A stretch of 64,000 nucleotides of DNA from an uncultured Pirellula sp. (GTDB lineage Bacteria; Planctomycetota; Planctomycetia; Pirellulales; Pirellulaceae), in contig CAYMXM010000001.1 in NCBI GenBank assembly GCA_964394065.1, positions 46 to 64,045 of the forward strand, given 5' to 3'. The position numbers and the translations under genes were made by a program. Positions 44,950 through 56,700 of the stretch are shown here, in pieces. The notes under the pieces were generated by a model. The model saw only the letters and a list, made by a program, of their open reading frames with translations, did not search any database and was not told the origin of the DNA. Every line of letters starts with the position of its first letter. Position 1 is the stretch's first letter.

Positions 44950-45750
44950 ATGGATAACTCGACACCAAGAGTGACCGTGAGAACGCTTCAGTCGATGAAG
45001 CGAAAGGGGACGCCGATCTCCATGCTCACTGCCTATGACTACCCGACGGCAAAGCTTCTCGACGAGGCGAACATCGATTGCATTCTCGTGGGGGATTCGC
45101 TCGGGATGGTGATCCAAGGAAAATCGACAACGGTTCCAGTCACCGTCGAAGAGATGATCTACCACGGGGAAATGGTAGCACGCGCCACCCGAAGAGCGAT
45201 GGTGATCGTCGACCTCCCTTTCCCCGTCGGTCAACTCGGAGTGACTCATACCGTTTCGGTAGCAGCCGACATCATGAAACGGACCGAGTGCCAAGCGGTC
45301 AAAATGGAAGGTGGACATCAACAAGCGGACTCCATCCGGGCGATGGTCGACGCGGGGATTCCAACGATCGCCCATATCGGCTTGCGCCCGCAAAGCGTCC
45401 ACGCCCTCGGTGGCTATCGAGTTCAAAGAGAACTCGATCGACTCATGGTCGATGCGAAATCGGCAGTCGATGCAGGGGCTTTCGCGGTTTTAATCGAATG
45501 TGTTCTACCTGAGTTAGCCGAGAAGGTAACACAGGAGATCCCCATTCCAACGATCGGTATCGGTGCAGGGAATGGGTGCGACGGTCAAGTCCTCGTGACG
45601 AACGATATGCTGGGCTGGAACAGTGGCTACGTTCCCAAGTTCGCTCGACAATTCGCAGCCATGCGGGAAACGGCGTTGCAAGGGGTACAAGATTTCCGAG
45701 AAGCCGTTCGAGCGAGGAGCTTTCCGGGACCTGAGGAAACAATGAAGTAA
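44950..45750 (+). CDS. panB: 3-methyl-2-oxobutanoate hydroxymethyltransferase
   Basis: LTAYDY, LVGDSLGM, VKMEGG and TIGIGAG motifs. Confidence 0.97.
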   Translation: MDNSTPRVTVRTLQSMKRKGTPISMLTAYDYPTAKLLDEANIDCILVGDSLGMVIQGKSTTVPVTVEEMIYHGEMVARATRRAMVIVDLPFPVGQLGVTHTVSVAADIMKRTECQAVKMEGGHQQADSIRAMVDAGIPTIAHIGLRPQSVHALGGYRVQRELDRLMVDAKSAVDAGAFAVLIECVLPELAEKVTQEIPIPTIGIGAGNGCDGQVLVTNDMLGWNSGYVPKFARQFAAMRETALQGVQDFREAVRARSFPGPEETMK

Positions 45751-45885
45751 GGAAGAGTAGAGCTTTCTTAGTCTTGACCGTAGGTCAAGGCTTGGTAGCC
45801 CCTACCGGGGCTACCAAGAAGGTGCCCATTTTTAAAACTCGACAATTCCACCTAGTCTCCTTAGCTTTACTCCGATGCATCAGGC

Positions 45886-46048
45886 CACCCCCAGCCCCTC
45901 TCCCCTAAAAGTGGCGAGGGGAGCGGAGTTCTTAAAGCGTGGCGCGTTCTAGGGCGCCAAAGCGGTGTCCGACGGGGACGAGCCCCGGTCGGACAAGAAG
46001 CGAATCTGAGAACAAAACTTGCGCAAACCGAATTCCCCACAACACCAA
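45886..46048. repeat. Composite REP element (families A+C)
   Basis: Inverted near-copy of 60826-60993. Confidence 0.8.
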
Positions 46049-46144
46049 TTTTTTTGACAGCCAAGCGCTACCCTCCCCTGAGGGGAGGGTTACTCTCCCC
46101 AGATAAGGTTAATGGTATATGCTCGCCTCAGTTGCGTTCAACGC

Positions 46145-46621
46145 TCAACGCTCAACGCTTAAAACTGCTTCCAGCACGGCGGAATCATGGCCGTCGACGC
46201 TGACTCGTTTCCAGACTTTGGCGACTTTTCCTTTCGGGTCGATGATGTAAGTACTTCGCTGGACTCCCATGCTCTTTTTGCCATACATGTTCTTCTCTCG
46301 CCAAGCTCCATAGGCTTCGGCTATCTTGTGATCGGTATCGGCAAGCAGTGGAAAATTGAGAGAGAATTTGTCGCGAAACTTCGCATGCGAATCTTCATCG
46401 TCGGGACTCACCCCCAGAACCACGGCGCCATGCTTGGTAAGCTCCGATTGTGCGTCTCGAAACGCGCATGCCTCTTTGGTGCATCCCGGGGTGTCGTCTT
46501 TCGGATAAAAGTAGAGGACGACAACCTTCCCGAGGTAGTCGCTCAGTTTCACTTTTTCACCTTTGTCCGAAACGGTCGTAAATTGAGGTGCCTTGCTGCC
46601 AACCTCTACCCAATCGCTCAT
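46145..46621 (-). CDS. bcp: Peroxiredoxin, BCP family
   Basis: YFYPKDDTPGCTKEACAFRD motif. Confidence 0.95.
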   Translation of the reverse strand: MSDWVEVGSKAPQFTTVSDKGEKVKLSDYLGKVVVLYFYPKDDTPGCTKEACAFRDAQSELTKHGAVVLGVSPDDEDSHAKFRDKFSLNFPLLADTDHKIAEAYGAWREKNMYGKKSMGVQRSTYIIDPKGKVAKVWKRVSVDGHDSAVLEAVLSVER

Positions 46622-46681
46622 TCTGTCCTCTCCTGAAAAGTCCATTCGGTCTAGAATTCAGTATACTAAAAACAGAGGCGC

Positions 46682-46843
46682 ATCCCAACCCGTGGCGTAA
46701 GCGAGGGACAGCGTCGCGAGTGCACGTAGCCCTTGTCGGGAATATCTCAGGCGTCGGGTGGCACGTCCCTGAGGCACGAAGGGCGTGCTGGGAGGGATGG
46801 CTGGTTGCCAGCGCTGTCCCTCGCTTACGCCACGGGTTGTGAT
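46682..46843. repeat. MITE/REP-like element family B
   Basis: Terminal inverted repeats of consensus ATCACAACCCGTGGCGTAAGCGAGGGA. Confidence 0.85.
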
Positions 46844-47132
46844 GGGGGGACGCTTCGCGTCCACCCCCTTACCTCCGATGCTTCAGGCCTGGCTGGGGGT
46901 GAGGGGTAGAATCGCTAGAAATAATAGCCGAGTTTAAGCTGCCAACTACACTTCTGGTGTGTTCCGTGGCCGCTTGGCGTGCGAAGGTGATTGCAATGGA
47001 AACGAAGATTGACTTGCGATCTCAATCTGATATGGAGGCAGCGGCCACTTCACACACCCTACGACTACGAACCCATTCGAAACAGCGAAGGTATTTCGGA
47101 ACAGTTCCTTAATTACTTATCACCAATCCAGC

Positions 47133-48761
47133 ATGACACACTCAAGACACCTTTCTTTCTCTCGAAGGCTTCTTGCAAAGCTCGCAATCCTTCTCACGGC
47201 TCCACTCCTCTTTATGGGATCGATGGGATCGTCCCTTCGAGCGGAATCCTCGCCTCCGAATATCGTGATCCTTTTAGCGGATGACCTTGGTTATTCCGAT
47301 CTCGGATGTTTTGGAGGAGAGATCGAGACGCCGAATCTAGATCGACTCGCAAGCAACGGACTTCGCTATACGCAGTTTTACAACACCGCGAGATGTTGGC
47401 CATCCCGCGCGGCTCTCCTAACGGGGTACTATGCGCAACAGGTACGTCGCGATGCGATACCGGGGATGGGGGGAGGCAACCGGGAAAAGCGACCGGTCTG
47501 GGCAAAGCTCTTGCCGGAGCACCTCAAAGGAGCGGGATACCGCTCCTATCACAGCGGGAAGTGGCATGTCGATGGGAAGGTTCTGGAGAACGGATTCGAT
47601 CGATCCTATCTAGTCAATAATCATGGGAACTTTTTCTCCAACCAACGGAATCAGATCGATGATAAACCGATCGATGCACCTGAGTCGGATGGGTTCTACG
47701 TAACCGATGCAACCGCAGACCACGCGGTGGAGTGCCTCAAGGATCATGCGGCAAATCATTCGAACAAGCCTTTCCTCTCTTATGTCGCTTTTATCGCGCC
47801 TCACTTTCCTCTCCATGCCAAGCCGGAGGATATCGCGAAGGTTTCCGATCGTTATCGGGATGGCTGGGGTGCGATGCGTCAACGGCGTTTTGCAAAAATG
47901 CAACAGCTCGGAATCACGACGACAACCCTTTCTCCTTTAGAACGAGAAGTTGGACCACCTTACCCATTTCCAGAGGCGATCGCTCGACTGGGAAGTGGAG
48001 AAGTAAATCGTCCGATTCCTTGGGAAGAATTGACCGAAGGGCAGAAGGAGTTTCAATCGACTAAGATGGCGATCCATGCTGCGATGGTCGAACGGATGGA
48101 TTTGGAGATTGGAAAGATACTTTCGCAGCTTGAAGCGATGGGGGCGATAGAGAACACCCTCATTCTCTTTTGTTCCGATAACGGAGCGAGCGCGGAGATC
48201 ATGGTTCGGGATGGAGGGCATGACCCCGAGGCTCCGATGGGAAGTGCCGCAACCTATCTTTGCTTGGGTCCTGGTTTCTCGAGCGCTTGCAACACGCCTC
48301 ATCGTCGGCATAAGACTTGGGTGCATGAAGGTGGGATCAGCACATCGTTCGTGGCCCATTGGCCCCGAGGGATTCAAGAGGGGGGAGCGATTCGAACGAC
48401 CCCATCCCATTTGATCGATATCGTTCCAACGGTTCTGGATGTCGCAGGAGTGAAGTTTCCGAGCGAAGTCGATGGAACTCCTCTGCCAGCTCCTCCTGGT
48501 CGGAGTCTCGTTCCGTCATTTCGCGAAGATCGCTCGATCGAACGGGAATCCCTTTGGTGGTTGCACGAGGGGAACCGTGCGATTCGAGTTGGGGATTGGA
48601 AGCTTGTAGCCGCGAAAGGAGAGCCGTGGCAGCTTTATGATATGAAGTCGGATCGGGCGGAACAGAATGATGTTGCGGAGCTGAACAAAGAGGTGGTGGA
48701 AGAGCTTGCGGCGCTTTGGGAAGAGAAATTAGAGATGATGAAAAGCGAGCGCGGTTTGTAA
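47133..48761 (+). CDS. Arylsulfatase
   Basis: PNIVILLADDLG, CWPSR (formylglycine motif), GKWH and SDNG motifs. Confidence 0.95.
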   Translation: MTHSRHLSFSRRLLAKLAILLTAPLLFMGSMGSSLRAESSPPNIVILLADDLGYSDLGCFGGEIETPNLDRLASNGLRYTQFYNTARCWPSRAALLTGYYAQQVRRDAIPGMGGGNREKRPVWAKLLPEHLKGAGYRSYHSGKWHVDGKVLENGFDRSYLVNNHGNFFSNQRNQIDDKPIDAPESDGFYVTDATADHAVECLKDHAANHSNKPFLSYVAFIAPHFPLHAKPEDIAKVSDRYRDGWGAMRQRRFAKMQQLGITTTTLSPLEREVGPPYPFPEAIARLGSGEVNRPIPWEELTEGQKEFQSTKMAIHAAMVERMDLEIGKILSQLEAMGAIENTLILFCSDNGASAEIMVRDGGHDPEAPMGSAATYLCLGPGFSSACNTPHRRHKTWVHEGGISTSFVAHWPRGIQEGGAIRTTPSHLIDIVPTVLDVAGVKFPSEVDGTPLPAPPGRSLVPSFREDRSIERESLWWLHEGNRAIRVGDWKLVAAKGEPWQLYDMKSDRAEQNDVAELNKEVVEELAALWEEKLEMMKSERGL

Positions 48762-48863
48762 AAACTGCGGAAGGTGAGGTTTAAGGAATAAGGCTTAAGA
48801 CTTAAGGAAGAAGAGGGGGAGCAAGCCCATCAGCGGTAAGGGGTAGACGCGAAGCGTCCCCCC

Positions 48864-49034
48864 ATCACAACCCGTGGCGTAAGCGAGGGACAGCGTCGCG
48901 AGTGCAAGTAGACCTTGTCGAAAATATCTCAGGCGTTGGGTGGCACGTCCCTGAGGCACGAAGAGCGTGCTGTGAGACCTTGGATGGATGCTTGGTTGCC
49001 AGCGCTATCCCTCGCTTACGCCACGGGTTGTGAT
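48864..49034. repeat. MITE/REP-like element family B
   Basis: Same terminal inverted repeats and internal block as the other family B copies. Confidence 0.85.
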
Positions 49035-49038
49035 TGGA

Positions 49039-49962
49039 CTAAATCATTTTGTTTTGTCGGGCTAGCCAGACGAGGAGTCCTTTTTGGGCGTGCATGCGAT
49101 TGCCGGCTTCTGGGAAGACGAGGCTTTGCTCGGAATCGATGACGTCGTCGGTGATCTCTTGACCACGACGCGCGGGCAAGCAGTGAAGGACTTTGCAGTG
49201 AGAGGGTGCCTTTGCCATCAAAGCGCGATTGATCTGGTAAGGTTGGAAAGCGCTGGTTCGCTTAGCCGCTTCCGCTTCTTGCCCCATGCTGGTCCATACA
49301 TCGGTGTAGAGAAAGTCCGCTTCTCGAACCATCTTGTCGATGTCGGTGCATTGGTCGAAATCGATCCAGCCCGCGTGCTTCTTCACCTTGTCAATGTAGG
49401 CCCCTGGGATCTGGTACTCGGCTGGACCGACCAAACGAAACTTCACTCGCCCCATCGCACAAACATGCAATAGGGACTTGGCGACGTTGTTCCCATCCCC
49501 GACGAAGGTAACTTGCTTTCCTTGGACCTCTCCGAGAGTCTCGCTCATCGTCATGTAATCGGCGAGAGCTTGGCAGGGGTGGGCTTTGTCGGTCAAACCA
49601 TTGATGATCGGGAGGGCGTTGTGAGAGGCGAGTTCGTCGATGGTCGATTGGCAGATCGCACGGCATACCAGGAAGTCGCAGTACTCTCCCAACACACGTA
49701 CAAAGTCGGCAATTGTTTCTCGTTCACGCCAACCTACGTCACTCGTTAAATAGAGGGCGGTTCCACCTAGTTGAGACATGCCAGCTTCAAAGCTCACGCG
49801 CGTTCGAAGACTTGCTTTCTCGAAGACCAACGCCAATGTTCGGTTCTTTAGATGGTCCGGTCGTTCCCCTTGGGCCAGTCCTGCTTTGAGGTCGGCGGCT
49901 AGGGAAAGTATGTCTTGGAGCTCTTCGACCGTTAGGTCAAAGAGAGATCGAATATGCTTCAT
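49039..49962 (-). CDS. argF: Ornithine carbamoyltransferase
   Basis: SLRT, HPCQ, DVWTSMG and HCLP motifs. Confidence 0.95.
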   Translation of the reverse strand: MKHIRSLFDLTVEELQDILSLAADLKAGLAQGERPDHLKNRTLALVFEKASLRTRVSFEAGMSQLGGTALYLTSDVGWRERETIADFVRVLGEYCDFLVCRAICQSTIDELASHNALPIINGLTDKAHPCQALADYMTMSETLGEVQGKQVTFVGDGNNVAKSLLHVCAMGRVKFRLVGPAEYQIPGAYIDKVKKHAGWIDFDQCTDIDKMVREADFLYTDVWTSMGQEAEAAKRTSAFQPYQINRALMAKAPSHCKVLHCLPARRGQEITDDVIDSEQSLVFPEAGNRMHAQKGLLVWLARQNKMI

Positions 49963-49968
49963 TTTCGA

Positions 49969-50889
49969 CTACGTTGAGGTGATGCGCGTAGCGGGTGATT
50001 GGCGTGACTGGATGATTTCCGTCCCCACGCCAGCGGTAGTATAGATTTCCAATAGGAGAGAATGTCGGAGTTGGCCGTCGATGATATGAACCTTTCCGAC
50101 CCCTCGCTGGAGAGTGGAAAGACAAGCCTCGACCTTGGGGATCATTCCACCAGCAATAACCCCTTCGTCGATCAACTGTTTTGCTTCTGCGGCTGTCAGT
50201 GAATGGATGACGCTCTCGGGATCCTCTTTGACCCGACGGACGCCGTTGACATCGCTGATGAAGATAAGCTTCTCGGCCCCGAGTGCCTCGGCGACTGCCA
50301 TCGCTGCGGTATCGGCATTGACGTTGTACTTTTGCCCCGCTTCATCGATACACATCGAGGGGATGACCGGTATTTGTTCGGTATAGGTGAGGGCTTCGAT
50401 CGTCTGACGATCGACGCGCGTTACGTGGCCGACATAGCCCAAATCGATCGAGCTTGAGCCCGGCTCCTCCAGCAGTAGCTTCTCGCCGAACAGCACGTTG
50501 GTCGTCCGGAAGTTCAAGTTCATCGCACGCCCCCCCAACCGCTCGATCTCGTCGGTCAAATGCTCATTGAGTTCATAAGCGAGAGTTTCCTCGACGATTT
50601 GCAAAGTCTTCGAGTCGGTGTAGCGGCGGCCTTGAATCCAGACCGGTTCGATCGCCGCTTTCTCCATCGCCTTATTGATGGAAGGCCCTCCTCCATGGAC
50701 GACGACGGGACGCATACCCACAGATTCCATGAAGATGATATCGAGGAGCGTATGGCGCATCGCGTCGGGATTCCCCATCAGAGACCCTCCGAGCTTAATC
50801 ACGGTCGTTTTGCCTCGGAAGCGACGGATCCACCCCATGGCTTCGATCAACGTATCCGCTTTGGCAATCGCTTCGTGAGGTGCGTTCAA
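49969..50889 (-). CDS. argB: Acetylglutamate kinase
   Basis: VIKLGGS, VHGGG, YNVNAD and GGMIPK motifs. Confidence 0.96.
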   Translation of the reverse strand: MNAPHEAIAKADTLIEAMGWIRRFRGKTTVIKLGGSLMGNPDAMRHTLLDIIFMESVGMRPVVVHGGGPSINKAMEKAAIEPVWIQGRRYTDSKTLQIVEETLAYELNEHLTDEIERLGGRAMNLNFRTTNVLFGEKLLLEEPGSSSIDLGYVGHVTRVDRQTIEALTYTEQIPVIPSMCIDEAGQKYNVNADTAAMAVAEALGAEKLIFISDVNGVRRVKEDPESVIHSLTAAEAKQLIDEGVIAGGMIPKVEACLSTLQRGVGKVHIIDGQLRHSLLLEIYTTAGVGTEIIQSRQSPATRITST

Positions 50890-51202
50890 TTGTGCGTCCT
50901 ATTCTCGACCAATAAACCAACGACGCCGATGCGAACAAGGGTCCGAATCGGCGACGGGTTCTTTCGGTTGTGTCTGTATTAGTAGGTGCTTGCTGGGGCC
51001 TTGAGCCCGAGAGTCTTGGAACAAGGGTGGAAAACCCAACATTTTAGGCAGCCAGGCCGCGCATTGTCAATCATAGCCAAGGGTAAGGGGAGATAAGGGA
51101 AAAACATTTGGAGATTTTGGTACGGAATGAAGGAGATGATGGCACTAATAGGGGAGGCTTGGCGAATCGGCGGTAAGGGGGCGGACGCGAAGCGTCCCCC
51201 CA

Positions 51203-51371
51203 ATCACAACCCGTGGCGTTAGCGAGGGATCGCGTCACGAGTGAACGTTGCCCTCGTCGGTAACACTCAGGCGCCGTGTGGCAGTCCCTGAGGCACGAAG
51301 GGCGTGCTGTGAGACCTGGGATGGATGTCAGGTTGTCAGCGCTGTCCCTCGCTTACGCCACGGGTTGTGAT
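51203..51371. repeat. MITE/REP-like element family B
   Basis: Same terminal inverted repeats and internal block as the other family B copies. Confidence 0.85.
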
Positions 51372-51492
51372 TCGGGCCTCGCTTACGCGTCGGCCAAGAG
51401 AGAGCCTCAAAACAACCTATGAACCCGACGTAAACATGGGCGAGACGCCGGGGCCACGTCATGAGATTGAGTCATAAAAGAAAAACAAAACT

Positions 51493-53763
51493 ATGCGTTT
51501 AACTTTACGAACATTGCTTGCCTACCGCGACGGGGTTCTTGGCCCCAAAGACCGGGCTCTTCTTGAGAACAAGCTGAAAGAGAGTTCCACGGCTCGGGAA
51601 ATCTCGCAGCGAATCGATCAGAGCCTGCGCAACCCGAAGCTAGCGCCGATTCCCGTCGATGCAAAAGAACCCGGCTTCGATGCGAACCAAATCGCCGAGT
51701 ATCTCGACGATACCATTCCCACAGAACAGATTCCCGAACTAGAGCGGCGGTGCCTTGAAAACAATGCTCTCCTCAGCGAAGTGGGGAGTTGCCACTCGAT
51801 CCTCTCGAAGGCTCTCACCGAATCGGTGGAGATCCCTGACGTTCTTCGAGCCAGAGTGCGGGCTTTACCGAGCAACCCTGAGCAAGGACTCGGGAGTCTC
51901 CGCATGCAACGTCTCGCAGGGGAAGGAAGCGGTCAAGCCACTCCTGCCCATCCCGCTGCGTCGGCGGGCGGCTCCTCTGAAAACCTCGCGGTTCGATCCG
52001 TTCCAGTCAACGAGTCGGTTACCAAGTCGACCCGGGAAACACTCGCGAGGGCTTCGGTTCGTGCTGCCCCCGCCGAACCGAGCGGGCGTGGAATCGAACT
52101 GAGCGATTCCTCGGGAGTGCAAGTACCCGAGTATCTCCTCGGAAGTGACCGAAGCTGGATGCGCTCGGCCTTAATGGTCGCGGCTTTGGCCCTCGCATTG
52201 CTGGTGGTAAGCATCCTGGCTATCGGGCCTGTGGAGCGGATCGGTTATCTCCTTGGCCCCGCCAAAACCCAAACGGAGTTGGCGAAGGGGAATTCCACCA
52301 CTCCCTCGGCTCAACCCGAACCTACCCCCAATGTCAAACTAAAACCAACCGATGCACCGGAGGTGACAGCGAACAAAGCAAACCTTCCTTCCGCCGATTC
52401 TGAGAGCCCCTCACCGAAGATGGATGTTCCGGCAGGGGATGTAAAGAACGGTCCCGACGAGCCCTCGGTTCCCGATCCTCCTCCCGCTGCGACTCCGAAG
52501 GAGACGAACGGTGCTTCCGGCAGTGCCTCGGTACAGTGGCTTCCCGCTAGCGAGGAAGCTTCGCGAGCGGTTCTCTTGGTCTGCGAAACACCGGATGAGG
52601 AGTCTCCCAAATGGGAACTTGCCACCGCTGGTCAGGAGTCGAAGAAGGGACATTGGATCGTTCCTTTCGCATATAGGACAGAGTTGCTGCTAGGAAAAGG
52701 TGTGCGAGCGATCGTATGTGGGGATACCGAAGTGATCGGTATCGAGTCAGTTTCTCCCGGACCTTCCGAGGGGGATTCTTCTCAGGCTGCGCCTAGGTCG
52801 ACAACTCCCCAGGTTGAGATCCCCTACGGCCAGATGGTTTTGTTCCCGAAGGGTGAAGCGAAAGAGCTTCTCGTGAAGACTTCGGTCGGAACTTTGGAGG
52901 TTTTCTTCGGGGATGAGCAGGGGAGCTGCGGGCTGGAGATCGGTTCGCGTTGGAAGAATTGGACTGTCATGCCCGGGGAACCGTTTGATCCCAAAACCAA
53001 TGCTCCCCCCCTGGCTGTCTCTCCTTACATCGGTGTGATCGGGATCCAAGGAGCGACGACGATCCGGCTGAATCGAGGCGGAGACGCGGAGCTTCCCGCA
53101 GATTTTATCGAGCTGGATGTGGGAGATTTTGCTAGGATTGGGGAAGACGGCACGGTCGGGGTGAGCGCCATTTCGAATACCCCTCCGTGGCTCCGAGCCA
53201 ATATCGAACGCCCGATCGACCAGCTCGCTGCCAACGACATCGGGAAACAGATCCGATCGGAGGAATCCGAGAATATCGGGGATGTTTTGAGGGAATTAGC
53301 GAGGCACCGAAAAAGTGAAACCGCGTCGATGGCCACTCGGATTCTGTGCCAGATTGGAGATTTTCAGCCCCTTTTTGGGGAAGAGGGACTTTTTGCGACG
53401 AAAGGAAATTTCAGCCATTCTGGAACTTGGATAAATAAAATCCCGAACTTCCTCTATTCTTCTCCTAGAGCTTCCCAATTTTTGGAATCTGCGTCCGAAA
53501 AGTTGGGGGATAAGGTCGCCGGGAAAATAAGATTGATGGTTCCCATGAGCGATGAGCAACTAGCAGCCGGTGGAGAAAAACTTTTGGTCGACACTCTTTC
53601 GAGCCCGTCCCTGGACGATCGAGTACTCGCCATCCATCAGCTGGTTGCCATTACGCAGACCTCCCTCGGCTTTCACCCAGAACGACCCTCGAACGATGCG
53701 GTTCAAAACTGGAAAAAGAAGCTAGGGAAATCGGAAATTCGTTTCACCACCGACACTCAATAA
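51493..53763 (+). CDS. Hypothetical membrane protein with an anti-sigma-like N-terminus
   Basis: LLAYRDGVL...IAEYLD...CHSIL N-terminus, a TM helix, a Pro-rich linker and a HEAT-like end. Confidence 0.7.
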   Translation: MRLTLRTLLAYRDGVLGPKDRALLENKLKESSTAREISQRIDQSLRNPKLAPIPVDAKEPGFDANQIAEYLDDTIPTEQIPELERRCLENNALLSEVGSCHSILSKALTESVEIPDVLRARVRALPSNPEQGLGSLRMQRLAGEGSGQATPAHPAASAGGSSENLAVRSVPVNESVTKSTRETLARASVRAAPAEPSGRGIELSDSSGVQVPEYLLGSDRSWMRSALMVAALALALLVVSILAIGPVERIGYLLGPAKTQTELAKGNSTTPSAQPEPTPNVKLKPTDAPEVTANKANLPSADSESPSPKMDVPAGDVKNGPDEPSVPDPPPAATPKETNGASGSASVQWLPASEEASRAVLLVCETPDEESPKWELATAGQESKKGHWIVPFAYRTELLLGKGVRAIVCGDTEVIGIESVSPGPSEGDSSQAAPRSTTPQVEIPYGQMVLFPKGEAKELLVKTSVGTLEVFFGDEQGSCGLEIGSRWKNWTVMPGEPFDPKTNAPPLAVSPYIGVIGIQGATTIRLNRGGDAELPADFIELDVGDFARIGEDGTVGVSAISNTPPWLRANIERPIDQLAANDIGKQIRSEESENIGDVLRELARHRKSETASMATRILCQIGDFQPLFGEEGLFATKGNFSHSGTWINKIPNFLYSSPRASQFLESASEKLGDKVAGKIRLMVPMSDEQLAAGGEKLLVDTLSSPSLDDRVLAIHQLVAITQTSLGFHPERPSNDAVQNWKKKLGKSEIRFTTDTQ

Positions 53764-53794
53764 AACTCCAATCTCGATCTCGACTTCAATTGCA

Positions 53795-56700
53795 ATGGAT
53801 GTCCCTGACGAGGAACCGCGTATGATGCACCCGCTCCTATTCTCTCCCTTCGCGATCCTAATTGCAGGTTTGGTCGCCTGCGCATTTCCTCTCCCTGCTG
53901 TTGCGATAGCCCAAGGAGATGTGCAGGTCGTAGTCCAAGCCCAAAACCAGCCTGGGAGAGGAGGCCCCCCACCAGGGCAACCGCCCCAACCGGGGCAACC
54001 TGGCCAACCTCCTGGGGGGCCAAACGCCTCGAAGCCAGGTGAAAAGACTCCTGGACAACCGGATGCCAATCCAAACGCGCCAGCTGCCCCGGCTGACTCG
54101 GTGAAGAGGACCGACAAGCCACCCGAACCTCCGAACAAGAAAGAGTTCGACGTTCGCCCAGACGACAAGGGGATGGTGGAGTTTCAGTTTCGCAATCAGG
54201 CTTGGCCGGACATCTTAAGGTGGGTTGCGGAAACTTCCAATTTGTCTCTCGATTGGCAAGAGCTTCCGAACGATTACCTCAACATCGCGACCCAGCGCAA
54301 GCAGTCTCTCGAGGATACGCGCGACTTGATCAATCGCCACCTCCTGGCACGCGGGTACACGATGCTGGAACTCGATGGGGTCATTCAAGTTGTCAAAACA
54401 GCAGGGATCAATGTCTCTTTGGTCCCACGGGTTCCGCCAGCTGTCTTGGAGGCCCTCCCGCCCAACCGCTTCGTCCGAACCTCATTTTCTCTAACGACCC
54501 TTCTCGCCAAAGACGTGGTCGAGGAGTTCAAGCCTTTGGTGAGCTCGAACGGAACGTTGAATGCGCTCGAAGCGACCAATCGATTGGAAGCGATGGATTC
54601 TGCCTCGAACCTAGCCGAGATTGCCAGGATCATTCAGGAGGAGGAATCGGACGAGGCCGCCGAAAGCCTCGCTCGTGAATTCGAATTGGAATTCGTTCGG
54701 GCTGTCGACGCGAGAGAGCAACTGATGAGTTTTCTCGGCATCGAGCAGAAGGGGGGCAACCGCCCGATGAACCCTATGGAAATGCAGATGCAGCAGCAAC
54801 AGATGCAAATGCGCATGCAGATGCAACAGCAACAAGCGGCTTCGGGAGGAAAAGTTAATCAGCCCAAAGAAGCGGCCCCGGTCTATCTCATCGCCAACAT
54901 GCGGCGCAACAGCATCATCGCCCATGCGGCCCCCGACAAAATGGCAATCATTGCCGCCTTCATCAAACGGATCGATGTCCCTAGTGAGAATTCGATGAGC
55001 ATGCAGCGACTGGAAACGCGCATGAAAGTCTACCGTCTCTCAAGCCTTGATCCCAAGCAGCTGGTCGCATCGATGATCGCCATGGATGCGCTGGAACCAA
55101 CCACTCGATTGGAAGTGGATGATAAAAATCGCGCGATCATCGCCTACGCTTCCTTGGGGGATCAGCTACTGATTCAACAAACCATCGATCGCCTCGATGG
55201 ATCGGCACGCGACTTTGAAGTAATCCAATTGAGAAGACTCAATGCGGAGGATGTGGCGGGAACGATCAAGTTTCTGATGGGTAGCGAGCAGCCCAAAGAT
55301 GATAGTCGCAATCGAAACCGATACTACTACGATCCATGGGGTTACAACCAGCCGCAGGAAAAAGAATCGACCGATGCATTCCGTGTCGGTGCCAATTCTC
55401 AAGACAACCAAATCCTCCTTTGGGCCAACGAGATCGAAATCAAAGAGGTGAACAAGCTCTTGATGAAGTTAGGAGAAATCCCACCCCAGGGGCAAGCACG
55501 CAGTACGATTCGAACGATCGATGCATCACGCTCTCAAGAAACGAAAGAGTACCTCGAGCGCCTCCGAGAAGCTTGGAGCAAGGTTTCTCCACAACCACTG
55601 GTTCTCCCAGGGGACGAAGAGTTTCAATCCGACGAGCCCGAGCTCAATCTAATCGAAGAAGAGGACAAGAAGGAAGAAGCAGAGAAAGATCCTGATGCTT
55701 CAAAATCAGACGCCTCGAAATCAGACACCTCGAAATCAGACGCCGAGAAAAAGGAATCCGAAGAGGAGCGAAAGGAACGCCAAACGTCGGCGAGCGAGAT
55801 CTCGTTAGATCGTACTTTTGAGAATGAGCCGAGTTCCATTCCTGCGGGACGTTTGTCGGCCGCGACTGTGCAGGAGGATAGCGACGAGGAGAAAACGGCC
55901 TCCAAAGAACAGTCGAAAGATGTCACCTCGGGCGGGGGAACGGAAGCGACAGGGAAAGGGAAGCCGAAATCGACTTCGGCCAACGATCCTTTGGCAGGAA
56001 TCGAGATTCGATTCGATGAGAAGGGAAACCTTGTCATCGCTAGCGACGATCTCGACGCGTTGGACCGCCTTGAGGAGATGATGATGACGAATTCTCCTCC
56101 CCAACGTAAGTACGAGGTTTTTTACATCCAACACACGCGTCCCTCATGGATTGAATTGAATTTGAAGGACTACTTCAAAGATGAGGATGAACCTAAGAGC
56201 AACTCGAACAGCTTCTATTCTTGGCTGTACGGATTCGATGAACCGTCGAAGAAGGAGAAGAGCGACCCACAGTTGGGAAAAAAGAGGAAGCTCAAGTTCA
56301 TCAGCGACCTAGACACACGTTCGCTGATCGTGATCGGTGCGGATGAGCAGCAGCTCAAGACGATCAAGAGTCTTATCAAACTGTGGGATGTCCCTGAGAA
56401 ACCGAATCGTCAGAAGCTTCGATTTACCAAACTGGTGAAGGTCGAGCATTCGCGAGCCGATTCGATTGTCGACGCGATCAAAGAAGCGTACCGGGATTTG
56501 CTGAGCGCCAACGACAAAGCCTTTAGCAAAGGGAAAGGAGAGGGAAACCAAGAATCGAAACACGAGGACACTTCGGAATCCGTCTCCGACAGTGGCGGGA
56601 TGAGTTTTCGATTCACCGGGCGTCTTTCGATGGGGATCGACCGCGTGACCAATTCGATCATCGTGTCGGCAGAGGGAGAGGACTTACTGAAGCTGGTCGT

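Noticed and set aside
49039-49962. SLRT motif suggesting an N-acetylornithine transcarbamylase
   Set aside because: The DVWTSMG ornithine loop and HCLP are canonical for ordinary ArgF, and argB is adjacent.
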